From Burkholderiales bacterium (lineage in GTDB: Bacteria > Pseudomonadota > Gammaproteobacteria > Burkholderiales > Ga0077523), in assembly GCA_022843925.1 (NCBI GenBank), contig JALHMS010000001.1, forward strand, positions 144,294 through 208,293: a stretch of DNA of 64,000 nucleotides. The letters run 5' to 3'. The translations under genes and the position numbers were made by a program. Shown here in pieces: positions 1 to 11,592 of the stretch. The notes under the pieces are model-generated. The model made no database searches. It saw nothing but the letters and a program-made list of their open reading frames with translations, and had not been told where the DNA came from. Position 1 is the first letter of the stretch. Every line of letters begins with the position of its first letter.

Positions 1-546
1 CTGCTCGAGCGGCCCACTGCCGGCAGCGTGGAGATCGCCGGGCAGGACGCCACGGCGCTGGACGAGGACGCCGTCACGCGGCTGCGCGGCCGGTCGATCG
101 GGTTCGTGTTCCAGTTCCATCACCTGATCCCGGCGTTCACGGCCGCAGAGAACGTCGCGATGCCGCTCATGCTGGAGCGCGGCCATTCCGACGCCGCGAT
201 CCGCGCCCGGGCCCTCGAGCTGCTCGACCGGGTCGGGCTCGCGGCGCACGCGCACAAGGTGCCGGGTCAGCTGTCCGGCGGCCAGCAGCAGCGCGTCGCC
301 ATCGCCCGCGCGCTCTCGTTCGATCCACCCCTCCTGCTCGCCGACGAGCCCACCGGCAACCTCGACACCGCGAGCGCCGACGAGGCCTTCGCACTCATGC
401 GCGAGTTCAACCGGCGCGCCGGCATCACCTTCCTGCTGGTCACGCACGACCCTCGGCTGGCACAGCGTTGCGACCGCATCATCGAACTGCTCGACGGCAG
501 CGTGCTGCGCGACGCGCCGTCGGGCACCGCCCTGGAAGCCCGATGA
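1..546 (+). CDS. ABC transporter ATP-binding protein, LolD/MacB type (N-terminus outside window)
   Basis: Frame 1 is open from the window edge ([14 protein letters not shown]...). It has the ABC signature [15 protein letters not shown] and Walker [13 protein letters not shown]. The 'M' at 28 in the track is an internal GTG. Confidence 0.85.
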   Translation: MLERPTAGSVEIAGQDATALDEDAVTRLRGRSIGFVFQFHHLIPAFTAAENVAMPLMLERGHSDAAIRARALELLDRVGLAAHAHKVPGQLSGGQQQRVAIARALSFDPPLLLADEPTGNLDTASADEAFALMREFNRRAGITFLLVTHDPRLAQRCDRIIELLDGSVLRDAPSGTALEAR

Positions 547-1562
547 AGAATCTCCTCCGCCACGGCTTCGTCCTGCTCAGCATCTTGCTCCTCGGCGGCA
601 CCGTTCGCGCAGACACGATCGTTCTCGACAACGGCGACCGGCTGAGCGGCCGCATCCTGCGTTACGAGAGCGGGCGCTACGAGTTGCAGACGTCGTACGC
701 CGGGACCGTGCGCATCGACGGCGGACGCGTCGTGTCGGTCGAGATGGAGGACGAGGTCACTCTGCTGCTGGAGGACCGCTCCCGCCGTGTCGGCCGGCTC
801 GTCGTGAGCGAGGGACAGATGACCGTGCGCCATTCCGACGATGCGGATCCGGTCGTGGTGGAACGCAAGTCCATCGTGACGATGACGCCCGGCCGGGACG
901 ACGACGAAGAATGGCGCGTCACGGGACGGATCGCGGTCGGCGCGTCCGATGCCACGGGCAACACCGAGGTGCGGCGTCTGAACGCGGACGGAGAGGTGAC
1001 CGCACGCCGGGACCTCGACCGCATCATCCTGAACGGCCGGGGCAACCAAGCCACGCAGGCGGGCGCACAGACAGAATCCAACGCCACCGTCGGCCTCAAG
1101 TACGACCGGTTCGTGAGCCGGCGTTGGTACGCCTACGGCGCCGCAACGATGGAGCACGACCAGTTGAAGGAACTGCGCTTGCGGCACACGATGGGCGGCG
1201 GGGCCGGGTTCCAGGCCATCGACACGGCGAGTACGACCCTCTCTGTGGAAGGCGGTCTCGACCGCGTCGTGACGGACTTCTTCAGGTCTCCCGACGAAAG
1301 GAACGTGGCTGCACGCATCGCCCTGCGCCTCGACCATTGGCTGCTCGAAGACCGGATCCAGTTCTTTCACTACGAGCAGAACTACCTGTCGCTCGAGGCG
1401 CTCTCCGGCAGTTTCCTGCGCACGCAAACCGGCCTGCGCCTGCCGATCAGCCGGCAACTGTCTGCAAACATCCAGCTGAACGCCGACTGGGACGGCGACC
1501 CCGCGGCCGGCCGCAAGCGCACGGACCGCTTGCTCGTGTTCTCGATCGGCTATCGATGGTGA
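543..1562 (+). CDS. DUF481 (YdiY-like) outer-membrane protein
   Basis: ATG at 543 overlaps the upstream stop (ATGA). Signal peptide [23 protein letters not shown] is followed by the [13 protein letters not shown] motif. The C-terminal beta-barrel-like part ends in an aromatic residue (GYRW). Confidence 0.8.
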   Translation: MKNLLRHGFVLLSILLLGGTVRADTIVLDNGDRLSGRILRYESGRYELQTSYAGTVRIDGGRVVSVEMEDEVTLLLEDRSRRVGRLVVSEGQMTVRHSDDADPVVVERKSIVTMTPGRDDDEEWRVTGRIAVGASDATGNTEVRRLNADGEVTARRDLDRIILNGRGNQATQAGAQTESNATVGLKYDRFVSRRWYAYGAATMEHDQLKELRLRHTMGGGAGFQAIDTASTTLSVEGGLDRVVTDFFRSPDERNVAARIALRLDHWLLEDRIQFFHYEQNYLSLEALSGSFLRTQTGLRLPISRQLSANIQLNADWDGDPAAGRKRTDRLLVFSIGYRW

Positions 1563-2148
1563 CGCCTTTGCGCGCCGTCAGCCGCTCCTCCGGCGCGCCG
1601 GTGTCAGCCGCCGGAAGATGGCTGCGTCGATGCGTCATCGCCTGTCTCGCTCCCGCGCTCGCCCGGGCGACCGATCCGCCGGCGGCGATGCTCGTGGATG
1701 GCGGCGAAGGCGACGGGGTCCGCCGCATCGCTGCGGGCCTCTCGCGGCGGCTGGACAGACTTGCCGTGCGACCGCGGATGCCGGGCCGAGGTATGGTGGA
1801 CGGTGCGCGTCTCGCGCTGGTGGCAACCGCACTACCGCGGCCCCCACCGGGATCTCTGGGATGTGAGCGCGATGCCCGCGCTGCGCATCGGCAGTCATGC
1901 GGCCGGACCGCGCTTCTTTGTGGAGATGGGCGCCGGCTTCCACTATCTTTCGGATCAGGACATCGGGCGCGCGCGGCTTCGGCACGTCGTTCCAGTTCGG
2001 CGAAACGCTTGCGGCCGGAATCGAGTTCGGCACCCGGCACGAGCAGGCCCTCGCCGCCCGCATCGAGCACATCTCGAACGGCGGGCTCGAGGCCCCCCAA
2101 AACGGCATCACCTTCTTTCTTCTCGAATACCGTCACCACCTCCGCTGA
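1559..2148 (+). pseudogene. PagL-like lipid A 3-O-deacylase / acyloxyacyl hydrolase, split over three frames
   Basis: Frame 2 carries a signal peptide (GRWLRRCVIACLAPALARA) and GDGVRRIAAGLS. Frame 0 carries RWWQPHYRG..DLWDVSAMPALRIG..PRFFVEMGAGFHYLSDQDIG. Frame 1 carries FGTSFQFGETLAAGIEFG...RIEHISNGGLEAPQNGITFFLLEY, which matches the PagL catalytic H-x-S-N-x-G region. The second frame change falls in the GCGCGCGC run near 1967-1974. Confidence 0.5.
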
Positions 2149-2152
2149 TCGC

Positions 2153-3097
2153 ATGAATTCCTCCGCACCCACCCTGGTGTTCTTCAGCAACACCGACGAT
2201 CCCGCACCCTGGCAGGCGGCCATTGCTGCCGCGGTGCCCTCCATCACGTTCCGCGTGGCGCCCCACACCGGTCCCGTGGACGCGGTCCGATACGCGCTCG
2301 TATGGAAGCCGCCCCGCGGCTGGCTCGCGCAGTTCCCGAACCTCCGCGCGATCCTCTCGCTGGGCGCGGGGGTCGATGCGCTCCTGGAGGATCCCGCGCT
2401 GCCGCCGGGCATTCCCATCACGCGCATGGTCGATGCAGGCATGGGGCGGCAGATGGCGGAGTACGCGACGTACGCGGTGATGCACTTCCACCGGCACATG
2501 CAGCGCTATTCCGCCTTGCAGCGCGAGGGCCGCTGGGCACCGCTCGAGCCGGTCGCGGCCGCGCGCTTCACCGTGGGCATCATGGGCCTCGGCGTGCTCG
2601 GCGCCCAGGCGGCGCAGATGGTCGCGTCGCTCGGCTACCCGGTGCTGGGCTGGAGCCGGACGACGAAGCAACTCCCCGGCGTCGAAGTGCTGTCCGGGAA
2701 CGACGCACTCCCCGGCTTCCTCGGTCGCACGCGGCTGCTCCTCAACTTCCTGCCGCTGACCCCGGCGACCCGCGGCGTCATCGACGCGCAACTGCTCGCG
2801 ATGCTTCCGCGCGGTGCGTTCGTCGTGAACCTCGCGCGGGGCGGTCACCTCGTGGAACCGGATCTCCTCGCAGCGCTGGACCGGGGCCACATCGCGGGCG
2901 CGATGCTCGATGTTTTCGAACAGGAACCGCTGCCGGCCACGCATCCCTTCTGGCGGCATCCGGCCGTGGTGGTGACGCCCCACGTCGCCGCCGTGACGCA
3001 GGCGGAGGACGCCGCGGCTCAGGTGATCGCGAACCTGCAGCGGCTGGAGCGCGGCGAGATGCCCGTCGGACTGGTGGATCGAGGCGCCGGCTACTGA
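2153..3097 (+). CDS. ghrA: Glyoxylate/hydroxypyruvate reductase A (D-2-hydroxyacid dehydrogenase family)
   Basis: The 314-aa product is collinear with E. coli GhrA as I recall it: YALVWKPP, LGAGVD, TRMVDAGMGRQMAEYA, GIMGLGVLG (NAD fold), NLARG, PHVAA, and the C-terminal VDRGAGY. Confidence 0.85.
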   Translation: MNSSAPTLVFFSNTDDPAPWQAAIAAAVPSITFRVAPHTGPVDAVRYALVWKPPRGWLAQFPNLRAILSLGAGVDALLEDPALPPGIPITRMVDAGMGRQMAEYATYAVMHFHRHMQRYSALQREGRWAPLEPVAAARFTVGIMGLGVLGAQAAQMVASLGYPVLGWSRTTKQLPGVEVLSGNDALPGFLGRTRLLLNFLPLTPATRGVIDAQLLAMLPRGAFVVNLARGGHLVEPDLLAALDRGHIAGAMLDVFEQEPLPATHPFWRHPAVVVTPHVAAVTQAEDAAAQVIANLQRLERGEMPVGLVDRGAGY

Positions 3098-3112
3098 GCT
3101 GCCGAAGCCGGG

Positions 3113-3598
3113 TCAGCGGTCCGGCCGGGGTCGCAGGACCATCGTGCCGCCACTCATGGTCACCTCGAAGTGGCGAAGGAAGTTCTGTCCGAGGAGCGCA
3201 CTGCCGCCCATCGGCGGACTCACGGCGACCGACAGCCCGGACAGGTCGAAACAGCCCGCGCGGACGCTGCGTCCGCGCACCACGCGCCCCATGACGTTGC
3301 CGGCGGCCGTGCGGAACCCGGCAGGGTCGCCCTCCGGCAGCCCGATGCGGGTCGCATCGGGGCCACCCACCGTGACCGTGGTGGCCCCGGTGTCGACGAC
3401 GAATCGCACGGGCCTGCCGTCGATGGCGCCATCGACGTAATAGTGACCGTCGTGGGCGGCGGCGAGTCGCAGGACCTGCGACGCCTCGCCATCCTCGCAA
3501 CCCTTCACTGCCTCAGGGCGCATCCACACATCGAAGGCGACATAGCCGCCGGCGATGAGGGCGAGCCAGACGATGCCGGCGACGACATGGCCGTTCAT
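3113..3598 (-). CDS. Membrane-anchored retropepsin-like aspartic protease (TIGR02281-like)
   Basis: N-terminal TM helix VVAGIVWLALIAGGYVAF, then FVVDTGATTV (the D-T-G active site) and LLGQNFL. Confidence 0.75.
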   Translation of the reverse strand: MNGHVVAGIVWLALIAGGYVAFDVWMRPEAVKGCEDGEASQVLRLAAAHDGHYYVDGAIDGRPVRFVVDTGATTVTVGGPDATRIGLPEGDPAGFRTAAGNVMGRVVRGRSVRAGCFDLSGLSVAVSPPMGGSALLGQNFLRHFEVTMSGGTMVLRPRPDR

Positions 3599-3632
3599 GG
3601 TCGGGCCCCGGACGCAAGGCCGGTCGCCGCCC

Positions 3633-6191
3633 TCACAGCCAGAGCATCATCCCCAGCTCCTGCGGATGCGTCAGCAGTTCGTGATACGGATACAGCCGTA
3701 CGCGGTACTCGAGCCGGCCGCACATCTCGGGGGTCAGTTCGAGCACGAAGCGATGCTCGCCCTGCTCGGTGCGCGTGCCCTCGGCCTCGAAACGGAAATG
3801 GGCCGTCTGCTTCTGGGCGGGCTCGTGGGTGTGGCGCGCCATCACGAGTTCGAGCATGACGTCCTCGGGCTGCAGGCCGCCCAGTTGCACAGCGACCTCG
3901 ATCCGCACGCCCTGACCGAAGGGGATGCGCTTCGTCGGCGTGTCGAGGCGGCGCATCTTCACGTGCGGCCAGTTCGACCGCACGTGCGCCTTCCATTCCG
4001 CGACCCGTCGCGCACCTGCGAAGCCGGTTTCGCTGAACCGGCGCCACTGGCGCGTGGCCGGCAGGTAGAAGTTGCCCACGTACTCCTGGACCATCCGCAG
4101 CGAGTTGAAGCGCGGAAGCAGGGTCGCCATGGAGCGCTTCGCCATCCGCACCCACTCGGGCGAATAGCCCATCTCGTTCCGCGCGTAGTACGCGGGGATC
4201 ACGTGGTCCTGGAGGAGTTCGTAGAGCGTCTTCGCCTCCTCCGCATTGCGGCGATGGTCGTCCATGCCCTCGGACACGGGCTTGATCGCCCAGCCGTTGC
4301 GGCCGTCGTAGCCTTCGTCCCACCAGCCGTCGCACACAGAGAGATTCAGCACGCCGTTGATGCCGGCCTTCATGCCCGATGTCCCGCTCGCCTCCAGCGG
4401 ATAGACGGGATTGTTGAGCCACACGTCGACCCCGGACACGAGTCGCCGCGCGAGGCGGAGGTCGTAGTTCTCGGTGAAGAGGACCCGACCCTCGAACTCG
4501 GGCATGCGCGCGACCTGGCAGATGCGCCGGATGAGGTCCTGCCCGGGTACGTCGGCGGGGTGCGCCTTGCCGGCGAACACGAACACGACGGGGCGCTTCT
4601 CCTCGCCGATGATCTGCCGCAACCACGCCGGATCGTGGAACAGCAGCGACGCACGCTTGTACGTGGCGAAGCGCCGGGCGAACCCGATGGTGAGGACGTT
4701 CGGATTCGCGGGGTCGGTGTACTTCAGCAACCGGTCCAGATGCGCCTCGGACCCCTTGTTGCGGAAGTGCTGCGCCGAGACCCGATGGCGCACGAGGTGG
4801 AGCATCTGGGCCTTCAGCGACTGGCGCACGCTCCAGAAGAGATGGTCGGGGATCGCTTCGACCTGGTCCCAGAAGCGGATGTCGGTGACGTGGTGGCTCC
4901 AGTCGAAGCCCAGGTACCGCTCGAAGACATCGCCCCACTCCTGCGCGAGGAAGGTCGGAACGTGGACGCCGTTGGTGACGTATCCGATGGGGTTGTCGTC
5001 GGGATCGATCTCCGGCCACATCGACTGGAGGATCTGCGACGACACGCCGCCGTGGATGCGCGAGACGCCGTTGTGGAAGCGCGACCCCCGGATCGCGAGC
5101 GCCGTCATGTTGAACTCGTGACCGTCGCGCGTGCGGCCCATCGCGAGGAACTCCGCCTGCGGCAGCCCCAGTTCGGCCGCGAAGCGCTCGAAGTAGTGGG
5201 TCATCATGTCTTCGGCGAAGTGGTCGTGACCCGCGGGCACCGGCGTGTGGGTCGTGAACACGGTGTTCGCGGCGACGGCCTCCTGGGCCGTCGGGAAGTC
5301 GATGCCCTGCTGGACCATCGCCCGCATGCGCTCCAGTACGAGAAACGCCGCGTGACCCTCGTTGATGTGCCAGACGGTGGGCTTGTGGCCGATGGCCGCG
5401 AGGGCGCGCACGCCGCCGATGCCGAGGATGATCTCCTGCTCGATGCGATCCTTGCGGTCGCCGCCGTAGAGCCGGTGCGTGATGTCGCGGTCGTCGGCGG
5501 CGTTGGCTTCGAGATCGGTGTCCAGCAGCACCAGCGTCACGTGGCCGATGGTGACGCGCCAGACCTTGACGGTGACCGTGCGTCCGGGAAGATCCACGTG
5601 GACCAGCACCTCCGTGCCGTCCTCGCGGAGCACGGGCTCCACCGGCATCTCGTCGAAATCGGAATCGGAGTACGACGCGTGCTGGTTGCCATCGGCATCG
5701 ATGGTCTGCGAGAAATAGCCCTGCCGATACAGCAGCCCGACACCGACGAACGGCAGCCGCATGTCGCTCGCGGCCTTGCAGTGGTCTCCTGCAAGGATGC
5801 CGAGGCCGCCCGAGTAGATGGGGAGCGACTCGTGGAAGCCGAACTCCGCGCAGAAGTACGCGACGAGATCGTTGGCCCGCAGCCATTCCGAGCCGTCGCG
5901 GCGCAGGGGTTCGTCGTGGTATGTGTCGTAGACCGACAGGACCCGGTTGAAACTGTTGAGGAAGACCGGGTCGTCGGCGGCCTGCACGAGCCGCTTCTCG
6001 TCGATGCGCTTCAGGAATGCCTTCGGGTTGTGGCCGACGGCATCCCAGAGGCGAGTGTGGAGGCGCTGGAACAGCGAACGCGTGGGGCGATCCCAGCTGT
6101 ACCAGAGGTTGCCGGCGAGATCCTCGAGCCGCTCGAGCCGCTTCGGGATCTTCGGGTTGACCTCGAGGATGAAGGAAGTGCCTGCGGCCAT
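3633..6191 (-). CDS. glgP: Alpha-glucan (glycogen/maltodextrin) phosphorylase, GT35
   Basis: The 852-aa product has SGGLGILAGDH, the TNGVH region and EASGTSGMKAGINGV (PLP lysine region). This matches the long alpha-glucan phosphorylase type. Confidence 0.9.
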   Translation of the reverse strand: MAAGTSFILEVNPKIPKRLERLEDLAGNLWYSWDRPTRSLFQRLHTRLWDAVGHNPKAFLKRIDEKRLVQAADDPVFLNSFNRVLSVYDTYHDEPLRRDGSEWLRANDLVAYFCAEFGFHESLPIYSGGLGILAGDHCKAASDMRLPFVGVGLLYRQGYFSQTIDADGNQHASYSDSDFDEMPVEPVLREDGTEVLVHVDLPGRTVTVKVWRVTIGHVTLVLLDTDLEANAADDRDITHRLYGGDRKDRIEQEIILGIGGVRALAAIGHKPTVWHINEGHAAFLVLERMRAMVQQGIDFPTAQEAVAANTVFTTHTPVPAGHDHFAEDMMTHYFERFAAELGLPQAEFLAMGRTRDGHEFNMTALAIRGSRFHNGVSRIHGGVSSQILQSMWPEIDPDDNPIGYVTNGVHVPTFLAQEWGDVFERYLGFDWSHHVTDIRFWDQVEAIPDHLFWSVRQSLKAQMLHLVRHRVSAQHFRNKGSEAHLDRLLKYTDPANPNVLTIGFARRFATYKRASLLFHDPAWLRQIIGEEKRPVVFVFAGKAHPADVPGQDLIRRICQVARMPEFEGRVLFTENYDLRLARRLVSGVDVWLNNPVYPLEASGTSGMKAGINGVLNLSVCDGWWDEGYDGRNGWAIKPVSEGMDDHRRNAEEAKTLYELLQDHVIPAYYARNEMGYSPEWVRMAKRSMATLLPRFNSLRMVQEYVGNFYLPATRQWRRFSETGFAGARRVAEWKAHVRSNWPHVKMRRLDTPTKRIPFGQGVRIEVAVQLGGLQPEDVMLELVMARHTHEPAQKQTAHFRFEAEGTRTEQGEHRFVLELTPEMCGRLEYRVRLYPYHELLTHPQELGMMLWL

Positions 6192-6261
6192 GGGAGGGTT
6201 GCTCGTCGACGCGTGGGGATGCCTTGGATTCTATCCCTTGCACGTCCACGCGGACGGCCCG

Positions 6262-7596
<1,335 letters not shown>

Positions 7597-7668
7597 GGGG
7601 TCTCTCGCAAGGCGGGGTTCGGACGGCATTCGACGGCAGGAGCCGGGCGCTCGCGCCGGCACCGCGCG

Positions 7669-8208
7669 TCAGTCGAGCGTCTCGATGGTATGGGACTGGT
7701 TCGTGTAGATGCAGATGTCGCCGGCGATCGTGAGCGCCTTCTTCACGATGTCACCCGGACCCAGCTCGGTGTTCTCGAGCAGTGCGCGGGCCGCGGCCTG
7801 GGCGTAAGAACCGCCGCTGCCGATCGCCACGAGGCCCAGTTCGGGCTCGAGGACGTCCCCGGTGCCCGTGATGATGAGCGAACTCTGGCGATCGGCGACG
7901 GCGAGCATCGCTTCGAGGCGCCGCAGGATGCGGTCGGTGCGCCAGTCCTTCGCGAGTTCTACCGCGGAGCGCACGAGATGCCCCTGATGCTTCTCGAGCT
8001 TCGACTCGAAGCGCTCGAAGAGCGTGAAGGCATCGGCGGTCCCGCCGGCGAACCCGGCGAGGATGCGGTCGTGGTGCAGGCGTCGGACCTTCCGCGCCGT
8101 GGACTTCACGACGATGTGGCCGAGGGTGACCTGGCCGTCGCCACCGAGGGCGACACGCTCGCCGCGGCGGACCGACACGATGGTCGTGCCGTGGAACTGC
8201 TCGCTCAT
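7669..8208 (-). CDS. hslV: ATP-dependent protease subunit HslV
   Basis: [15 protein letters not shown] (mature N-terminal Thr), [18 protein letters not shown]. Confidence 0.95.
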   Translation of the reverse strand: MSEQFHGTTIVSVRRGERVALGGDGQVTLGHIVVKSTARKVRRLHHDRILAGFAGGTADAFTLFERFESKLEKHQGHLVRSAVELAKDWRTDRILRRLEAMLAVADRQSSLIITGTGDVLEPELGLVAIGSGGSYAQAAARALLENTELGPGDIVKKALTIAGDICIYTNQSHTIETLD

Positions 8209-8218
8209 GGGGGTTCCG

Positions 8219-9253
8219 TCACGACTGGGGGATACCGACGATGGTGGCACTGCGGCCGAGATTCAAGAGTTCGAAGAGCACGGCGACGAGTTGGTTGGGC
8301 CGGATGAGGCGGACGGTCCGCGACTGGGCCGCCGCCGCCTCGACGATGCCGGCCAGCGTCTGCGCGGCCAAGGGGTCCATGCGGTCCACGGACGACAGAT
8401 CGAGATTCACGTACTGGTTGACCGCCGCGTACTCGGCAATCGCGATGAGCTGCGGGTCCTCGGCGCCGGTGATGGTGCCCGTGAGCCGCAGGCTCTCGCG
8501 CTTCGTGTAGCGGGGTTCCTCCCGCCGTTCCGTGGTCACGGGCTGCACGGCCTGTGGCAGGGGCAGCACTTCCCACGCCGGGGCCGCCACGTTGGCCGCG
8601 AGGGCGTACTCCAGCGCCGTCCGCTCGAAGCGCTCGCGATCCTGGGCGAGGCGCAGCGTGAGGAGCTGCAACTCCCACACGGCCTTCAGCGCCGGACGCT
8701 GGCCGAGGAGCGGCCCCAGACGCCGGGTGAACGCCTCTGCGCCGGTCAGCACGAGCCCGGTGCCGCCGGTCACGAGGTCCTGCAGGACCGCGCGCAGCAG
8801 CCCGCAGCCGACGGCCTCGGCCGAGGTGAGCCGCGAGAGGTCGAGATGCACGACCGGATGCCGGTCTGCCGCGGTCCGCAGTGTTGCAAGTGCCGCCATC
8901 TGGGACGCGTCGAGCGCGCCGCCGAGGGACACGCACGCGGCGCCGCCGGGGCGCAGCACATCGGGAAGCCGGGACTCGCGCAGATGGCGATCGCGCTCGG
9001 TGGGCGGGTCCTCGCCGAAACGCATGCGATAGCGCGCGACGAGTGCCTCGTACTGGGTCCAGCGGCCGCCCATGCGCTCGATCTCGAGCAGCAGATGCCA
9101 GGGGCGGGCCACCTCCGAGGACGCCGCCACCGCCGCCTCCAGAACGCCGCGCGCCGAGAGCGTGTCGCCGCGCGCGTGCATGAGCGCCGCCTGCCGCACG
9201 GCATCGGGGAGCCCGGGTGCCAGCTCGGTCACTTCGAAGGGATCGGAACTCAT
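8219..9253 (-). CDS. Hypothetical protein with two STAS-like (anti-sigma-antagonist fold) segments
   Basis: 344-aa ORF from MSSDPFEV. It has two segments of the form 'L.G.L......L..L........V.LDLS.L' ([20 protein letters not shown] and [20 protein letters not shown]). It ends 11 nt upstream of hslV on the same strand. Confidence 0.55.
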   Translation of the reverse strand: MSSDPFEVTELAPGLPDAVRQAALMHARGDTLSARGVLEAAVAASSEVARPWHLLLEIERMGGRWTQYEALVARYRMRFGEDPPTERDRHLRESRLPDVLRPGGAACVSLGGALDASQMAALATLRTAADRHPVVHLDLSRLTSAEAVGCGLLRAVLQDLVTGGTGLVLTGAEAFTRRLGPLLGQRPALKAVWELQLLTLRLAQDRERFERTALEYALAANVAAPAWEVLPLPQAVQPVTTERREEPRYTKRESLRLTGTITGAEDPQLIAIAEYAAVNQYVNLDLSSVDRMDPLAAQTLAGIVEAAAAQSRTVRLIRPNQLVAVLFELLNLGRSATIVGIPQS

Positions 9254-9392
9254 GGAGCGCGATTCACGGTGGCGGCAGGCCGCCCGCCGTGACCTGTGGG
9301 TCGACGAAGAGGGCGAAGGGTAATCGCGGCCCCGGGCGGGGTGCAACCGCAGGGCCTGCCGAACCCGGGCCGGCGGCTCGGCGATCGTGTGC

Positions 9393-11429
9393 TCAGAACG
9401 ACCCGTTCACGCCGACCATGAAGTTCCGACCCGCCATCGGCGCGATGTCCTTCAGCGTCGACGTATGGATGCGTATCTCCTCGTTCAGCAGGTTGTTGGC
9501 GCGCAGGAAGAGTTCGAGCTTCACCGGCAGCATCCGGGGAACGACGTACGTGATGCGCGCGTTCACGAGCGTGTAGCCGTCGGTCGCCAGCTCGTTGTCC
9601 GTGACGCGGTTCTGGCTGCTGGCGCGGATGGCTTCGAAGCGGCCGGTCATGCCGGCCTCGCGCCAGGTCGCCGCGACCGACATCCGGAGCGGGGCGATGC
9701 GCGGCAACGGGGTGCCCGTCGTCGCGTTCTCCGCCCGCGTGTAGTCGCCGCGGACATCCACGTGGAACTCGCGATCCTCGATGTCGACGACGTGGAAGCG
9801 CGCCTCGGCTTCGACCCCCCTGAGGTTGGCGCGGACGCCTTCGAACGTGGAGATCGGCAGCCCGGTGCCGCCGTCGACAGCGCCGGAGGGCAGCAGCGCG
9901 ATGAAGTTCGAGAAACGCTGGGCGAAGACGCCGATGCTGCCGGTGGCGGACCCGGAGCGCTTGCGGATGGCGAGGTCGATGGCGGTGGAGCGCTCCAGCC
10001 GCTGCCCGCGGTTGCCCACCTCGAAGAGGCCGGTCGCGATGTGCGGGCCGTTGGCGAACACCTCGGCGTAGTTGGGTGCGCGCTCGGTGTAGGAGAGGTT
10101 CGCGGCGATGGCGTACTCGCCACCGAACGGGTACAGCGCACCGGCCGAACCGCTGCTCGCGGTGAAGTCGCGCGACTCGGTCGGCGTGAAGTTGGGCAGT
10201 TGCTCGTCGGCGGTCATCCGGACGCTGTCGACGCGGGCACCGGCCGAGAAGCGGATCGGCCCGACCGGGGCTTCCTCGTAAACGAAGGCCGACGCCGTCC
10301 GCGTGTCGACGGGCGGGACGAAGGCCTCGTCGCCGAGCGCCTGGAAGCGCGAGTTCTGGAGCTGGAACCCGAACGCGCCTTCCAGCAGGCCGACCTGGCG
10401 ATGGCGCAGGTCGAGGCGGGCGTCGTAGCCCTTGTGCTTGAAGGTCGTGCCTGGGTCGACACCCTCGAACTCGGTGTGGCGATAGTCGGTGTAGCCCACA
10501 TGGAGCTTGGCGGTCTCGACGAAGCCGAGGTCGCGCAACTCGCCTGCGAGGTCGTAACGATTCTGGCGCTGGTCGATCGTCACCTCGCGCTCGGCAACCG
10601 TGCCGTAGTTGCTGTTGTACTGCGCCGCCGAGATGCCGAGGTGACCGCGCTCGAAGAGCGCCGAGCCGCCCACGGCCATGCCGTCGGTGGTGCTCGCGCT
10701 GTTCGGCAGGCGGTTGCGCGCGGTGTTCTCGGGGTTGGTCGGGTCGGTGGCGATCCTGCGGGCCGACCACGCGAGGCCGGGGATGCGCAGGTCGCTCGTG
10801 TCGCGCCGGAAGGCGTCCACGTGCAGCGCGAACTTCTCGGTGCCGCCGTCCAGTTTCACGACGCCGGCGCGCTCGTCCGCCGCGCCACCCAGCCGGAGCT
10901 GCGCGGCCCCGCTGATGCCTTTCTCTGGGGCGAACGTGGGAATGCGGTTGTCGATGGCGTTCACCACACCGCCGATGGCCGAGCCGCCGTACAGGAGCGT
11001 CGCGGGGCCGCGCACGATCTCGATGCGATCGACCGTGAGGGGTTCGACGGCCACGCCATGATCGGGACTCGAACCGGACGCATCGAGCACGGCGGTGCCG
11101 TTCTGGAGGATCCGCACCCGTTCGCCGTCGAGACCACGGATGATGGGCCGGCTCGCGTTGGGGCCGAAGTAGCTCGAGCTGACCCCCGTCTCGTTCGCGA
11201 GGGTCTCGCCGAGCGTCGACTCGAGGCGTAGGCCGAGCTTGGCACCCTCGAGCACATCGGCCGGACGCACCATGTCGAGCAGCGCGCTGCCCAGCGGATT
11301 GCCGGTGATGATCACGGGCGGCGCTTCGACCGCGCCGCCCCCGCCGTTGGAACGCGGCGGCTGTTGCGCGTGGACCGCCGCGGGCAGCGCGACGAGAACG
11401 GAGAGACCCAGGCGGGAAAACATCTTCAT
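9393..11429 (-). CDS. TonB-dependent outer-membrane receptor (metal/ZnuD-like plug)
   Basis: Signal peptide MKMFSRLGLSVLVALPAAVHA. Plug motifs IIRGLDGERVRILQNG, SPDHGV, IEIVRGPATLLYG. The C-terminal barrel ends in NGSF. Confidence 0.9.
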   Translation of the reverse strand: MKMFSRLGLSVLVALPAAVHAQQPPRSNGGGGAVEAPPVIITGNPLGSALLDMVRPADVLEGAKLGLRLESTLGETLANETGVSSSYFGPNASRPIIRGLDGERVRILQNGTAVLDASGSSPDHGVAVEPLTVDRIEIVRGPATLLYGGSAIGGVVNAIDNRIPTFAPEKGISGAAQLRLGGAADERAGVVKLDGGTEKFALHVDAFRRDTSDLRIPGLAWSARRIATDPTNPENTARNRLPNSASTTDGMAVGGSALFERGHLGISAAQYNSNYGTVAEREVTIDQRQNRYDLAGELRDLGFVETAKLHVGYTDYRHTEFEGVDPGTTFKHKGYDARLDLRHRQVGLLEGAFGFQLQNSRFQALGDEAFVPPVDTRTASAFVYEEAPVGPIRFSAGARVDSVRMTADEQLPNFTPTESRDFTASSGSAGALYPFGGEYAIAANLSYTERAPNYAEVFANGPHIATGLFEVGNRGQRLERSTAIDLAIRKRSGSATGSIGVFAQRFSNFIALLPSGAVDGGTGLPISTFEGVRANLRGVEAEARFHVVDIEDREFHVDVRGDYTRAENATTGTPLPRIAPLRMSVAATWREAGMTGRFEAIRASSQNRVTDNELATDGYTLVNARITYVVPRMLPVKLELFLRANNLLNEEIRIHTSTLKDIAPMAGRNFMVGVNGSF

Positions 11430-11592
11430 GGCGGCAGTCCGGATCTTGGGAAGCATGCGCGCGGCGGCGACACGGGGTGGGAGGTGAAACATTGTTGCGA
11501 TCAGGGTCGGGAGTCTAGACCCGATCGCGGCCGCATGTCACCCGCCAGCCGGTCATCCGCCAGCCCCGCGCGCGCCCGTCCGGCGCGCCCGC

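Noticed and set aside
911-3097. A 728-aa ORF spanning the DUF481, PagL and ghrA regions as if it were one protein.
   Set aside because: Only the last 314 codons (from the ATG at 2153) are the GhrA homologue. The upstream part is out-of-frame read-through of DUF481, plus one frame of the PagL-like remnant.
11430-11592. A possible cobalamin riboswitch, or a Fur/Zur box, upstream of the TonB-dependent receptor (AACAATGTT palindrome near 11491-11499).
   Set aside because: There is no B12-box-like sequence. The 9-bp palindrome is too short and does not match the Fur or Zur consensus as I recall them.
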